Position numbers and translations under genes: made by a program. Of a DNA stretch of 64,000 nucleotides, positions 1 through 13,300 are shown one piece after another. The stretch comes from Amphiscolops sp. MND2022 (taxonomy: Eukaryota), in contig OZ076409.1 of the NCBI GenBank assembly GCA_964187785.1, positions 32,738,001 through 32,802,000 of the forward strand. The letters run 5' to 3'. The notes beneath the pieces were generated by a model, which did not search any database, was not told the DNA's origin, and was given only the letters and a program-made list of their open reading frames with translations. Position 1 is the first letter of the stretch. Every line of letters starts with the position of its first letter.

Positions 1-2956
1 CCGCAAATGGTTGATGATCTCACTGGTCCACTTTTAGAAGACAACGCTGCGACGGACGGCTCATTCGCGTCAATGACAGATGCCAGTTCCGAAGCATGTT
101 CATCAGCAACATCTGGCTTGGCTTCTCCACTTTTAGTTGGTGGTTTCGGATCAACCATCTCGCCGACAGCTGGCTTGGCTTCTCCACTTTTAGCTGCTCC
201 TTTCTGAGCAAGTTTCTCTCCGACAACTGGCTTGGCTTCTCCAGTTTTAGCTGGTGGTTTCTGAGCAACTTTCTCTCCGGCAGCTGGCTTGGCTTCTCCA
301 GGTTTGGCTGGTGGTTCCGGAACAACTATCTTGCCGACAGCTGGCTTGGCTTCTCCACTTTTAGCTGTTGGTTTCTGAGCAACTTTCTCTCCGACAGCTG
401 GCTTGGCTTCTCCACTTTTAGCTGGTGGTTTCTGAGCAAGTTTCTCTCCGACAACTGGCTTGGCTTGTCCAGGTTTGGCTGGTGGTTCCGGAACAACTAT
501 CTCGCCGACAGCTGGCCTGGCTTCTCCACTTTTAGCAGGTGGTTTCTGAGCAACTTTCTCTCCGGCAGCTGGCTTGGCTTCTCCAGTTTTAGCTGGTAGT
601 TTCGGAACAACTATCTCGCCGACAGCTGGCCTGGCTTCTCCACTTTTAGCTGGTGGTTTCTGAGCAAGTTTCTCTCCGACAGCTGGCTTGGTTCCTCCAG
701 TTTTAGCAGGTGGTTTCTGAGCACCTTTCTCTCCGACAGCTGGCTTGGCTTCTCCACGTTTAGCTTGAGGTTTTGAAGTAAGTTTCTCTACGGCCGCTGG
801 CTTGGCTTCTCCAGGTTTAGCTGATGGTTCCGAAACAACTATCTCTCCGACAGCTGTTATGTCTTCTCCACTTTTAGCTGGTGGTTTTGAAGCAAGTTTC
901 TCTCCGACAGCTGGCTTGGCTTCTCCACTTTTAGCAGGTGGTTTTGAAGTAAGTTTCTCTCCGGCAGCTGGCTTGGCTTCTCCACTTTTAGCAGGTGGTT
1001 TTGAAGTAAGTTTCTCTCCGGCAGCTGGCTTGGCTTCTCCACTTTTAGCTGCTCCTTTCTGAGCAAGTTTCTCTCCGACAACTGGCTTGGCTTCTCCAGT
1101 TTTAGCTGGTGGTTTCTGAGCAACTTTCTCTCCGGCAGCTGGCTTGGCTTCTCCACTTTTAGCAGGTGGTTTCTGAGCAACTTTCTCTCCGGCAGCTGGC
1201 TTGGCTTCTCCAGTTTTAGCTGGTAGTTTCGGAACAACTATCTCGCCGACAGCTGGCTTGGCTTCTCCACTTTTAGCTGCTCCTTTCTGAGCAAGTTTCT
1301 CTCCGACAACTGGCTTGGCTTCTCCAGTTTTAGCTGGTGGTTTCTGAGCAACTTTCTCTCCGGCAGCTGGCTTGGCTTCTCCAGGTTTGGCTGGTGGTTC
1401 CGGAACAACTATCTTGCCGACAGCTGGCTTGGCTTCTCCACTTTTAGCTGTTGGTTTCTGAGCAACTTTCTCTCCGACAGCTGGCTTGGCTTCTCCACTT
1501 TTAGCTGGTGGTTTCTGAGCAAGTTTCTCTCCGACAACTGGCTTGGCTTGTCCAGGTTTGGCTGGTGGTTCCGGAACAACTATCTCGCCGACAGCTGGCC
1601 TGGCTTCTCCACTTTTAGCAGGTGGTTTCTGAGCAACTTTCTCTCCGGCAGCTGGCTTGGCTTCTCCAGTTTTAGCTGGTAGTTTCGGAACAACTATCTC
1701 GCCGACAGCTGGCCTGGCTTCTCCACTTTTAGCTGGTGGTTTCTGAGCAAGTTTCTCTCCGACAGCTGGCTTGGTTCCTCCAGTTTTAGCAGGTGGTTTC
1801 TGAGCACCTTTCTCTCCGACAGCTGGCTTGGCTTCTCCACGTTTAGCTTGAGGTTTTGAAGTAAGTTTCTCTACGGCCGCTGGCTTGGCTTCTCCAGGTT
1901 TAGCTGATGGTTCCGAAACAACTATCTCTCCGACAGCTGTTATGTCTTCTCCACTTTTAGCTGGTGGTTTTGAAGCAAGTTTCTCTCCGACAGCTGGCTT
2001 GGCTTCTCCACTTTTAGCAGGTGGTTTTGAAGTAAGTTTCTCTCCGGCAGCTGGCTTGGCTTCTCCACTTTTAGCTGATGGTTCCGAAACAACTATCTCT
2101 CCGACAGCTGTTATGTCTTCTCCACTTTTAGCTGGTGGTTTTGAAGCAAGTTTCTCTCCGACAGCTGGCTTGGCTTCTCCACTTTTAGCAGGTGGTTTTG
2201 AAGTAAGTTTCTCTCCGGCAGCTGGCTTGGCTTCTCCACTTTTAGCAGGTGGTTTTGAAGTAAGTTTCTCTCCGGCAGCTTGCTTGGCTTCTCCCCTTTT
2301 AGCTGGTGACTTCGGAGCAACTTTCTTTCCGACAGCTGGCTTGGCTTCTCCACTTTTAGTTGGTGACTTAGGAGCAACTTTCTCTCCGACAGCTGGCTTG
2401 GCTTCTCCACTTTTAGTTGGTGACATAGGAGCAACTTTCTTTGCGACAGCTGGCATGGCATCAAGTTTTTTTACGACAGCTGCCTCGGCTACTCCAAATG
2501 TAGTTGGTTGTTTTGAATCATCCTTTCCTGAGGCAGTTGCTCTGAGTGCCACCACGCATTTCGAGAAACCTTTTACTACACCGGCTGTCTGTTCCGACTT
2601 CTCATCTTCGGTTTTTGATTCGGAATCAATTTTCTGTGTAATGTTGGCTTTCGATTCTGGTTTTGACGTTTCTATTTTCTGGACCTGGTGTTTTAAAACA
2701 ACTCTACTTCTGGTCTTCGGCTTCTCTTCCTTTGTAACAGCTGATTTGTTTGTAACGTATTCTTCGCATGGCGCTTGTCCGGCTGCAGTTAACCTCATTT
2801 CATTTTCGGTAAGTGTAAGCATTTGTGCCGTTGCAACCACGAGTTCTTTTGTAGAATTTGGGTTTTCCAAATTAACTGGTGTCTCACTTTCGGGAACCGC
2901 GGTGTTTTTCCGCCACTCGGCATTTGGGAAGCCATAATCATATCGCAGCTCTTCTC
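1..2956 (-). CDS. Large 3' exon of the SET-domain gene: SET C-terminal motif, then ~40 copies of a 19-aa Pro/Ala/Lys/Glu repeat; runs off the window start
   Basis: Minus frame is open from acceptor TTTAAG| (AG at 2958-2957) to position 1. It reads (G)EELRYDYGFPNAEWRKNTAVPESETP...[PAKSGEAKPAVGEKLAQKP]n...SGPVRSSTIC. It is missing from the ORF track, probably because it has no stop in the window; the listed ORFs here are shadow frames. Confidence 0.8.
105..2460 (-). repeat. Coding 57-bp tandem repeat with a 1083-bp (19 x 57) higher-order duplication
   Basis: Unit ccagctaaaagtggagaagccaagccagctgtcggagagaaacttgctcagaaacca; variant patterns recur at offset 1083 (182 vs 1265, 802 vs 1885). Confidence 0.95.
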
Positions 2957-4997
2957 CTTAAACAAGGTTGCACGTGAATTTTTCAAGTAAAACTCATTTC
3001 TTTATCTGCGAAGAAAAACACTTGTGTTCCTTTTAAGCTTCCCCTTATTCCAATTTCTAAAACTAGATATCAATTTTCCTGTGCCCACGTAAAAAGTTTC
3101 TTGCTACCCGCTGGTGACAATATTATATTGTTGTTTTCTCCAGTTTCATTTTTTTGCGCTTCGAAATCTATCAAAATTTTTCTTTCAAAATTGAAACTAT
3201 GAAAATTTTCAAATGAGTCAAAAATATTTCTGAATTATATCAAAACTTATTCTATTTTTGGACAATGTAATTCGATTCATGTAAAACGGACTCAGTATGA
3301 TGCTGTTTCTTACTAGCAGAAGTTCGGACTGGCAGTTAGTAAAATTTGTCGTCGTGTTTTTACAGTCACAAGGTCGTACTCGCACTTGGTAGGATATGAC
3401 TGATTTTACAAGCACATGGTCGGACTTGCACTTGATTGATCATGATGTTCAAGCACCACGCGTTGCTACTGTTGTCGCTGTGACCCACCAATGTATATCT
3501 TGTAATTAAAAAAATGTCAATTTTTCGAAACCAATTTTTTGTTCAATCTAATGGCACTGGCATCCTCAGACTTGGGGGCAAATGGTTAACGAAACAATTT
3601 TCACGGATGTTTTTTCCACAATGTGATGGTTGGAAAAAATGCTAACTTGCTAAACTTTTTTCGAAGTTACAATTGTTCTAATTTTGGAACTCTTGTTGCA
3701 GAAATTCCAATGAAACATTTTCAGAGATACCAAAAGTTCTAAAACTTCCCTTGATGTTTCGTATTTCTGGCACTTTCTTAACTTATTTGTTGTTGAACTT
3801 TGTAATTTTAGGCAAAAGAGCTGCGGTATTTTGAAACGCGTTCGCACAAAGGTATATTTTTGGTAAAGTAATTGGTTGTTTTAACTTCAAAGGTTCTATC
3901 TTATGTTAGTGTTGTTAGTATTGTGGACAATCCCGCTATCGCGCGATTGTCGAGCTCATCTTTTGGGGACAGCTCGTTACAGTATATGCAAATAGATGGA
4001 TATGATGGTCCAATGCCAATAATGGAGTCGACCGTCTTTCCGCGCCAGCCCTTCGCGCCACTTCATGTCGGTTTTTGTCAAAACGGGCTGCTTGCCAAGT
4101 AATGTATTGTCTCTCCGCTTCGCTGCCTTGCTGCACATAAGTGCATACTAGGTGCATAAGAACATAGCTGATTACATTATCATAATTAGTTCATTGGTGT
4201 TTAGCACACAAACTCAATCACTTTGCTTTTTCCCTAATTCAATTTTCAACCAATCAGAAGCGTTTAATAAACGTTTTTGGCGCAATGAAAAGCTTACTAA
4301 ATTTCAACGTTTAGGGAAACGGCCAAAATTCTGGCGGTTACCAGAAAAAGTCCATTTCGAGGGATTGTTTAAAAAGATTACGTACCAAATAACAAGAGCA
4401 AATAACAAAAACAAAATTAGTTTCAAATAACATTAAATTGAAAGTAATTTCTTATAAAATAAAAATCAAACTGAATACTTGGTTGAAAAAATGAACTCAC
4501 GTAATTTTATCTGTAATTTTTAATACTTTTTTCAGTGAATCCTTCGAATTTTCTATAATGTTTTCTATAAACACTAAAACTTTCTCGTGTTTTTATTTGC
4601 TCTAATGCTATTTGGGAATTCACCGTTTGAAAACAATTTTGCTCAATGTCATGCAATTTAGAAATTATGGATAAGATTTGGGATTCATGCTAAGCCCCAT
4701 CCTGGTTTAAAGACGTCACCTGGAATCGAGAAACTTGAACACCTCTCAAATAGGGAACTTGATTTGAGCCTATCAAATTATGTACTTACTCATCCCTGGA
4801 ACTTTTGCCAAAAGTGATTGGAATATCAACGCCCTGTGTTAGTGAGTTATCCCAACTTAGATGATTATATACATTCCGTATAATGAAACAATCTGGCATC
4901 TGGAAAGCAGTGATGTCCATTTATAATAATATAAATGATTTTTCATGTGCCAGTGGAAAGAACAGAAAAAACTTATACAGCTCGTGGACTCTATTCC

Positions 4998-5430
4998 AAG
5001 CAACGCCCGGTGTTTGTGAATTTTTTCACGACTTGGTCGAACATGAACACTACTTTTCACTATCGGGTTAAAATAGCAACGCCCGGTGCTTGAATTCTAT
5101 AACGGCTTAGTCGAACATAAACACTACTACTTTTTACTACCTGGTTAAAATAGCAACGCCCGGTGATTGAATTCTATAACGACTTAGTCGAACATAAACA
5201 CTACTACTTTTTACTACCTGGTTAAAATAGCAACGCCCGGTGTTTGAATTCTATAACGACTCAGTCGAACATAAACACTACTACTTATCACTACCTGGTT
5301 AAAATAGCAACGCCCGGTGTTTGAATTTTATGGTGACTTGGTCGAACATAAACACTACTAGTTTGTGTTTTAAAATAGCAACGCCCGGTGTTTGAGCTTC
5401 ATTACCACTTGGTCGAACTTAAACATTATT
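4998..5430 (+). repeat. Tandem array, ~77-bp unit x6, core AGCAACGCCCGGTG
   Basis: Core at about 4999, 5075, 5152, 5229, 5306, 5377. Confidence 0.9.
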
Positions 5431-6560
5431 TTTCATTCCCTGTACACGAAAGTTATTTTTCAACGTTATAAATGGCTCTTTGCTGCAAAACATCCGCTCT
5501 AATGCTCATTGTTGACCCGTGATAATCCTATTTTCCAAAGAAAAAACCAAAAAACGTTCAAAAGGGCCTAATTAGAAGTCAACTTGGGCTCCGCGACAGT
5601 ACCAAAAACGAACAGAAAACGCGATTTTATATGCAAGAACAATATGTTTGAAATATAAATAGAACGTTTTTCAAAATGCACTTGGTGTGGCCTTACCCTG
5701 TACTTTACTAAGCATCGATGGGACTTTCTAACGCAGTCGTGTTTGTTTTCAATCACCAAGTAATTTACTGATTGCTCTCTCCTAATTGCCAGCTTGTATG
5801 CAAAGCTCTCAACTTGGTTCATTCACCACCCAACACCCCATGGGGATGGCAGGGTTTATTGACGCTTCGCTTATTATTGTGTAAAAAATAATTAGGACGT
5901 TTTCGAAAATACACTCGGTGGGACCTGAAACTAGTTTACTAAGCATTGATGGGACTTCAACCGCAATCTTGTTTGTTTCTATTCGCCAAGTAAATAAGTG
6001 GTTGTCCCCCTCTTGATTAAATTCAAATCAACAGCTTGTATGGCAAGTTCTCAACTTGGTTCATTCACCACCCAACACCTGACAGGCGGATAACTATACT
6101 CTATCTTAATTTTTAGCACTTTTTTCAATCGATAAACTATTGGGAATCAATTAGTGGGACATAATTTGTGGGAATTGAAAAATTACTAGAGCGTGGTCAT
6201 GTGTCAAAAGTATGGAAGTAAGGGACCATGTGTTCAATCCTCCTCAAGGGGCCGCTACCTGTCAGTTGAAAGTTATTCTTTTAAATTTTAAGGCGAAGAA
6301 AATTTGCGTTTGAAGAACATAGTTTGAACAAAATTTGTATTTGAATCTCAAACTGTCAAAATGAAATTAGTTTCCAATATGAACGTTTAAGGTGCTAAGT
6401 TTAAGTCTTTTACATTCGAACACTGTCACTGATTTCTCAAAACATTTCTGACTGTCATTTTGACTGTTTTTTGGTAGCAACTAAATCTGGGTTTCAATTA
6501 CTTGAGAATTCTGGGAAACATTACAGAAGATTGTTCCACAATTTGAAAAATTAAACTGAA

Positions 6561-6954
6561 CTGGAAGAATAACACGAGTTGCCAGGAAGATGCAATGTGG
6601 TCTGCCCTCGTCGTCATGAACCTTTTTCATTCGACAGTTGGCGGCAACTGATTTGTCCTTGTCGTTGATAAACCTCGCCAAGCCAGAGTTCGTCTCATCG
6701 GAAGTGTCAATGAACACTGTGTCTTTTCCCTCCTGAACTTCCATCACGTAGTCAAAGTTGGCGACTTGAGTTGCTCTCCTCGGCCCCCAATAACTCAGGA
6801 GAAACTCTTGCGCTTCAAATTGCTTTTTCACGAAAAGCCCTCTTCCAGTCGTTCCATTGGCGAATTTGACGGTCTGGACAATGACACCCTCCGGATCAGA
6901 ATAGAGGAAGTCTTTCCACGATTCAGTTTTTCGCGCAGCACTACGAGTAGACAT
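6561..6954 (-). CDS. SET-domain lysine methyltransferase exon (SET8/KMT5A-like), first coding exon
   Basis: GRGLFVKKQF...FLLSYWG...FIDTSDETNSGLARFIND...NCRMKKV...PHCIFLATRVILP follows the SET8 motif order. The terminal GEELxYDYG is absent here but present at 2957-2931. An acceptor (ctcttcag) lies 6 nt before the ATG, and an Inr-like TCAGT lies near 7086. Confidence 0.85.
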
Positions 6955-7380
6955 GGTTTTCTGAAGAGCAAGAAAGGTAGGGTTTTGTCACACAGAGCAG
7001 TTCAACCAAAATTTAACATCAATAAAGCCAATGAAATATGAACTCTACATTATAATAAATAAGTAAACCTTTTAGTGTTCAACTGAAACCGTTCGATTAT
7101 GTTTTAGAATTTAGGAAGAATGAAAAAATGTGCTCAATGACAGTGTTGCTACTAGGAGAAAATTCAATCGAGAAAATCTAATACTTTAGTATTAGTGAGC
7201 CAAAAAAAACATTAGTGAGCCAAAATACTGTGATTCATTGTTTTAGCGAGAAAAAAAGAACAAAATTTTGAACCAATGTTGTCAGTTTTGAAAGCAAAGA
7301 GTTCTCAAGAAATCAATGTCAGCTTCGAATTGAAGAAAAGCCAAAGTTTTCATTGGTCTGGTCACGCTCCCATTTTCTGT

Positions 7381-10300
7381 TCAATTTTGTCGGACCCAAG
7401 ATTCTATTTCGTCCCAGTGGAAGTCCCAAGTGGATTCGCAGTACATGTAGAGGAAAATCTCCCAGGGGCTCTCGAAGGGCTCTTTTCCTTTGGGGTGTCT
7501 ACGTTGGTCAGCCTTGATGATAGCCAGCATCTTCCTCAGCTCAACTTTACTGACAGTGCTCTCTGAACGATGACGATATGACCACTCTCTGTAGAGGAAT
7601 ATGACAACCAAGGCTTCAAAGTGAGGAAATGCAAAGGAGGGTTGGAAACCTTGTTCGAGTTCCTTCTCGAAGGCCAGGGCGCTCCGATACATGTGCTTCT
7701 CCATAATGAAGTTACAGCCAAGCGCCACGCTCTCTTCCGCAGTGAACACAAAATGGATCCATTGACTGGGTAAGAACAGACAATCGCCTTTTTCTAGAAC
7801 TATCTGATGCGTTGTCACGTCCCGGTGAAAGCCGAAGAAGAATGAACTGAAACAGAGAGCATGTTGAAGAAGCAACTATTACCCCGGAATTGGTCATAGG
7901 GATCTAAAATTCACTACCGTTCGTTCATCGCGCACATAGTTGTCATATATAAAAATCGGTGGTAGATTAATACCATCGATCAATAGCAACGCTCGGTGCT
8001 GGAAAAAAAAGTGACAATTGTTGCGACCTAAATTTGAGATAAAAAAGGAACGCCCGGTGCTGGAAAAAAAGTAATTATTGCGGCTTCATATTTAAGATGA
8101 AGAAGCAACGCCGTGATGGAAAACGAGAGTGTTTTTAGGTTTCGAACGAAAAAGCAATCGATCATTGATGATTCTCCAACGTTTTAAAAATTGAAGAAAA
8201 AACCTAAAAATTACTTTTGAATTTGTACCTATTTTTCAGAACATTTATGACGCAAGCAAAGCTCCTGATCATGTGCCTTTGAATAAAGTCTCACTTACTT
8301 TCTGTTACCGCTCGCAAGCCATTCCTCAAAAAGCTTTTGATTTTCCTCGGTTGGCTCCACAACAAAGAAGTGTTTCTGGCCCTTTGCCAAAATGTAGAAA
8401 ACGGATGTGCCCGTGAAGTCCTGATGCCAGTTAGTTTGCGCTCCAGCTTCTGACATCAGCAGGTAGTCACTAATTCCTGATGTGAAATCAAATGCCAACT
8501 GGTTTTTGGGGCTCATAGAATTCTTCATGCAATGGCCAAAAGAAATGTCCGTCACTATATTGGGCAAACAAAACCGGTGGACCATCCCGCTCTTTGAATC
8601 CGCGTTGAAGTCAATCACATTCATCGGATGATATTCAGGCTCAAGGCTGCGGTCTTCATTGTGCTCAAGAAACTCCTCCAGAGTGAATTCATCTTCATTT
8701 TCTTGAATCGAAGAGAAACAGACATTAATTTTGACCTCCCCTGGAATTCCCTCTGTTACACAACGAAAAGACGTCAAGCTTTCAGCAGGAGGAGTTGCGA
8801 TACCAGGAAGTTTGTTGGTACACTGGCGTATAACAACAGGTTTTGAAGGGCTCCCGTTGCAAAACTTGGATCTAATATCGTCCACATTCAGCACATCAAA
8901 ATCATTTGTGGCAGGCGGTGCTGTTGCAAACACATGCTGCTGGAATTCCACAGAACCAACTTTGACTCCAATTGGGGGAAGCGAACTGAAGTTTGTTGAG
9001 TAAGAAGCGACGCCCTCCACGGCAGTCTCCAGCTGTTCCTCGACCGCGACTTCGGTTGTCCTCGGAGGTGTTTTTTTTAATCTTCAGCTCTCTCTTGAAC
9101 GTCAACCGCTCCAGCACCCGTAAGAGTTTCTTCGGATGAGACTTCACTTCTCTCTCCAAGCGAAGCAAGGGTTTCCAGTTTAAATTGAAGCGACTCGTCA
9201 CTTGAGAAAGGAGGGCTCTCATCCGCGAGAGATCGTCGTTCTGGGGTCTCTGGAACAAACGGTTCCAAAACTGCGCTTTGGTCGACAAGATTTGCACTTT
9301 CCTCAACTGCACCAGAGGATGTAGTGGGCTTTTGTTCCAAAAACGTGAAAGTTGTCGCCGTTTGGGAAGTACTGGTTGTGGCTGGAGCAAGATGGTACTT
9401 TTTTTTGTGCCGCGTTAGATCAAAACTTCGAGTCGTTGTCGTGCCACAAAATTCACACTCGAAGATACCTTTTTGGCGTTCTGAAACATAAGACTCGTTA
9501 TGCGAAGGAATCAAACGGAAGCCAAAAAGAATGCTACAATATTCGACTTGGTGCCAGTAAAAAAGTTGGTTATAATCGAAGTTTATCGATCAATCTTAGA
9601 TGTAATCTAGTCACTGTTCATGCGGTGCAACACCCGGTGCTGGAGAATGAGACTGTTCCTTAAAAATTGAAGAAAAAGCAACGCCCAGTGCTACAAAAAT
9701 GAGGTTAAAACAAGCGCGACACAATTCAACTAGCCACTGTCATGAATACTATATTGGTATTTATTTATATATTATTCAGGACAGGGCTTGTCAAACTATG
9801 CCAGAGACAGGTTATTCTAACATATCTCCCTGAATTTCGTTTTATGTATTCAATTAAAAAAGAAGTATCGAAACACTTTTTGACGAAAATCACTTTCTGA
9901 GTTTTTCATTGAAATCTTTTTCAGAAACACAGGATCTTTTTCTCAAAATATTGAAGAATAGTCTGTATTTTCAACCACCACTTGCAGGAAAATACAGTCC
10001 AGGTTGAAATTTAAAAACACAGCATAACAATTTCTGACAAAGACTGCATCAGACTTCATTCATTGAACTTCGTTGAATGAAGCGAGAATGTCTTGGTCCC
10101 AAAAATGTTGAACGAAGAATCGAGAAACGATATCAACTTTACTACCAGTAACAATGTTTTTCGAGTGGAGCAGAAATTAAAAAAAACCATCAAACACTCA
10201 ATTAAACTACCAGAATTCCTTCACCTGGATTCATTCAACCAAAACAAATCATTGTAACAAACTTTCAAAATGTTAAAATTTAACATGTCGAGCAGATTAG

Positions 10301-13300
10301 AACTGCACCATGTGTCTTTCAAGGAAACCATGTTGAACAAAACAAGGAAGTGCCGGCTTCGAAAAGGACCCACCCCTTACTTCCTTCAACACAATTTTCC
10401 GCGCAGGAACGGAAAAAAATGTTTAACGCGACGTATTTGATCTGAAAAGCAACTCTCCTGCTATAGTGTAGTGTTCATATAGTCCGAGCATTGCACCCAA
10501 CTAACAGAGCGTCTGAGGTTCGATGTTCATTTGAAATTCTTTATACGTACAAATGGAAAGAGTTCTACGAAGTTGTAACAATTTTATCGAAAAATTTTCT
10601 CTCCAGAACCCACTTGGTTTATTTCTTGGGAAAATCAAGAAAAAATGAAGGAAAAGAGGAAAAAATCTAACTTTTTTAGCAGAAACGATCACGCACTTGC
10701 CGTGGCGTTCATGTTCGACCTATGCTGCTGAGTTTTCAGTTGCTGAAAGGGTGAAAATCATAGTGAAAGGTCGAAAATTCTACAGGAGTTCGACCTTTGC
10801 CCCTAATTGTGATTACCACAGCACACAATGAATCTCGTGATCGCTTATCTCATTTCGTGATTTTATGTCGACAAAAATTGGGCTCGGAACCAATTGACGA
10901 GGTTCAACTTGATTGCATCGCATTTTTTTTGAGAATTCTAGCGTCAATTTGAAACTTGACACCCTAATCATTTCAAACTAGCAACGCAAGGTGCTGGTGA
11001 TTACTACATCTTTACTGTACTTTAATCTGAAAAAGAGCTAGTGAAAAAGCAGCACCCGAAACTTGAAATATGTTTGAAAAGAAAATTTTGATTAGATTTT
11101 ATTGCTGAGAAAATTTCTTTTGAAATAGGCGCCTTTAACACAAAAAGACATTTGGTCTTTTCGGACAAAAAGGTTTGAAAATTAGGGGAAAATAAAATCA
11201 CAGCAACTTTCGTAACGAGTGTTCGTAAAACTTCCGGACCGCGCGTCAGCGTTTTGCCCTTCTTTCATTTTCACATGTTACCAAGGTTTAATTTCAAACA
11301 AATTGATGTTTTTATGTAACCGAACAACCGTTCAGGAAAAGCAACGCCCGGTGCTGAAAAAAACACAATGTCAATGTGATTCCGCCTTAAAATTTATACA
11401 AAAATAGCAACGCCCGGTGCTGGAAAAGATTGGGTTTTTGCGCAGTATTGTTTTCATTTAGAAAAGCGTGGCCCTGTGCTGGAAAACTGGACTGTTATCG
11501 AGCCTTATAGTTTGAACGGAAAATGTAACGCCCGGTGCTAGAAAAACGAGTTTGTTATTGTGCCTGAAGAGTTGAACAAACATAGCAACTCCCGGTGCTG
11601 GAAATAGAAACTTTTCGCGCCTTGTTGTCACGACTCTTCAGACGGACGACTGTCTGGTGATAAGAGTCTGAGTCTACTTAAAAGAAACTTAGTTTATTCA
11701 AAGTATCAACTACGATGTAATTTGCTCTCAGAACCTATTTGTTTTCAATATTGATTTTTCAAGTTTCTATCAGGGAGGTACTAAAGGAAACATGCTCGAC
11801 GTTGATCACCTGGACATTGACCCAAGGGATATAATAGTTTTCATATATCAATCGGGACGACGTCTAGTTGAATCAGGTCAAAAAATTGCATTCGAAAGAG
11901 CAACAACTTTATCCGAACCCTTCGTGACACTTTCGTTTTGTGATTAGAAAAATGAAAAGTCCCGCGTGAAAGAAAGAAAAATGAACTGTTTACACTTGAA
12001 AACGGAAGACAAGAAAACAGATATTGCGATTCTTCTCGAGTATGATAAATAGGTTCTACGAAAGACTTCTGTAAACACATAACGTAACACTTTCTGACGA
12101 AAACTGAATCAGACTTCTTTCATTGAACTTTTTTGAATGAAGCGAGAAGGTCTTGGTCTCAAAAATGTTGAACGAGGAGTCGACAAAGGACTTCAACCAT
12201 TACTACAGGTAACAACCTATTTCGAGTAGAACAGACTCAAAAAATAAACGTAAACGCTTGTTCAAACCACCAGAATTTCTTCATGTGGTTTCATTCATCT
12301 AATGAAAAGTATTGTGACAATTTGATAAAAAGGTCGTTACAATTTCAGACTAAGACTGCACCATGTTCATTTCAGTGGAACTATATTGAAGCACACAAGT
12401 GGGTCTTGGGCTCGAAAATGTTGAAAGCGATGAATCGAGGAATCGTTCCCTCCCTTGCTCTTCCGGTAACAAAACATTCCGACCAGAACGAAACAAACAT
12501 CATTTTACGTTTGGTCTGGTTGACACATTTGGTCTGGTCGCCAATATTCCTGCTATAAGGTAGTGTTCATATATTAAGAGCATTGCGCCCAACCGTAAGA
12601 GCGTCCAAGTTTTTGTTATGTATATGATGTTCTTCACACATACAGAAGGAATGAGTTCTACCAAGTTTAAAAAAACTATCGAAATGTTTTCTATCCAGGA
12701 CTCAGTTAGGATTTTCTCTCGAAAAATTTTGAATAAAAGAAAATGGAGTAAAAACAAAATTTTTTTAAAGCAGAAACGATCATGCAACTGCAATGTCGTT
12801 CATGTTCGACCTGTGCTGCTGGGTTTTCAATTGCTAAGAGGGTGAAAATCATAGTCGAAGGTCGAACACTCTACATTTCATTTTATACAAGTTAATTTAA
12901 TTATTTTAATTTTACAAGCTTTAATTTTAAACAAACTGATGTTTATTATACACTTGGACAGCCAAGCAGAAATGCAACTCCTGGTGCTGGAAAAAAATTG
13001 GAAAAGGTATTCGGCCCCAAAATTTGAACAAAAAGCAACGCCCGGTGCTGGGAAACTAGACTGTTATTGGGCGTTAAACTTTGAACGGAAAGAGCAACTG
13101 TTGATTTTTGAAGTTTCTACAGGAAACACGCAAAACATAGATCACCTGGATATAGGACCCAAGGGATATAATGGTTTTCTTATATCACTCGGGACAACGT
13201 TTGGTTGAATCAGGTCAAAAGATTGTATTTGAAAGGGAAGCAACAATTTTTATCCCAACCTTTTGTGACACTTTCGTTTTGTGATTGGAAAATTGGCTAG

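Noticed and set aside
7..2937. Plus-strand ORFs (e.g. 1885-2937, 350 aa) and short alternative minus-frame ORFs
   Set aside because: Shadows of the single open minus frame carrying the SET C-terminal motif and the 57-bp repeat.
6188..6260. tRNA gene
   Set aside because: Only a box B-like GTTCAATCC; no cloverleaf.
6961..7395. JmjC-SET fusion by splicing into the acceptor 6 nt before the SET ATG
   Set aside because: In frame only through a weak donor (TGG|GTCCGA). A separate Inr-like TCAGT and a 5'UTR donor near 7086-7068 explain the acceptor more simply. Not excluded without cDNA.
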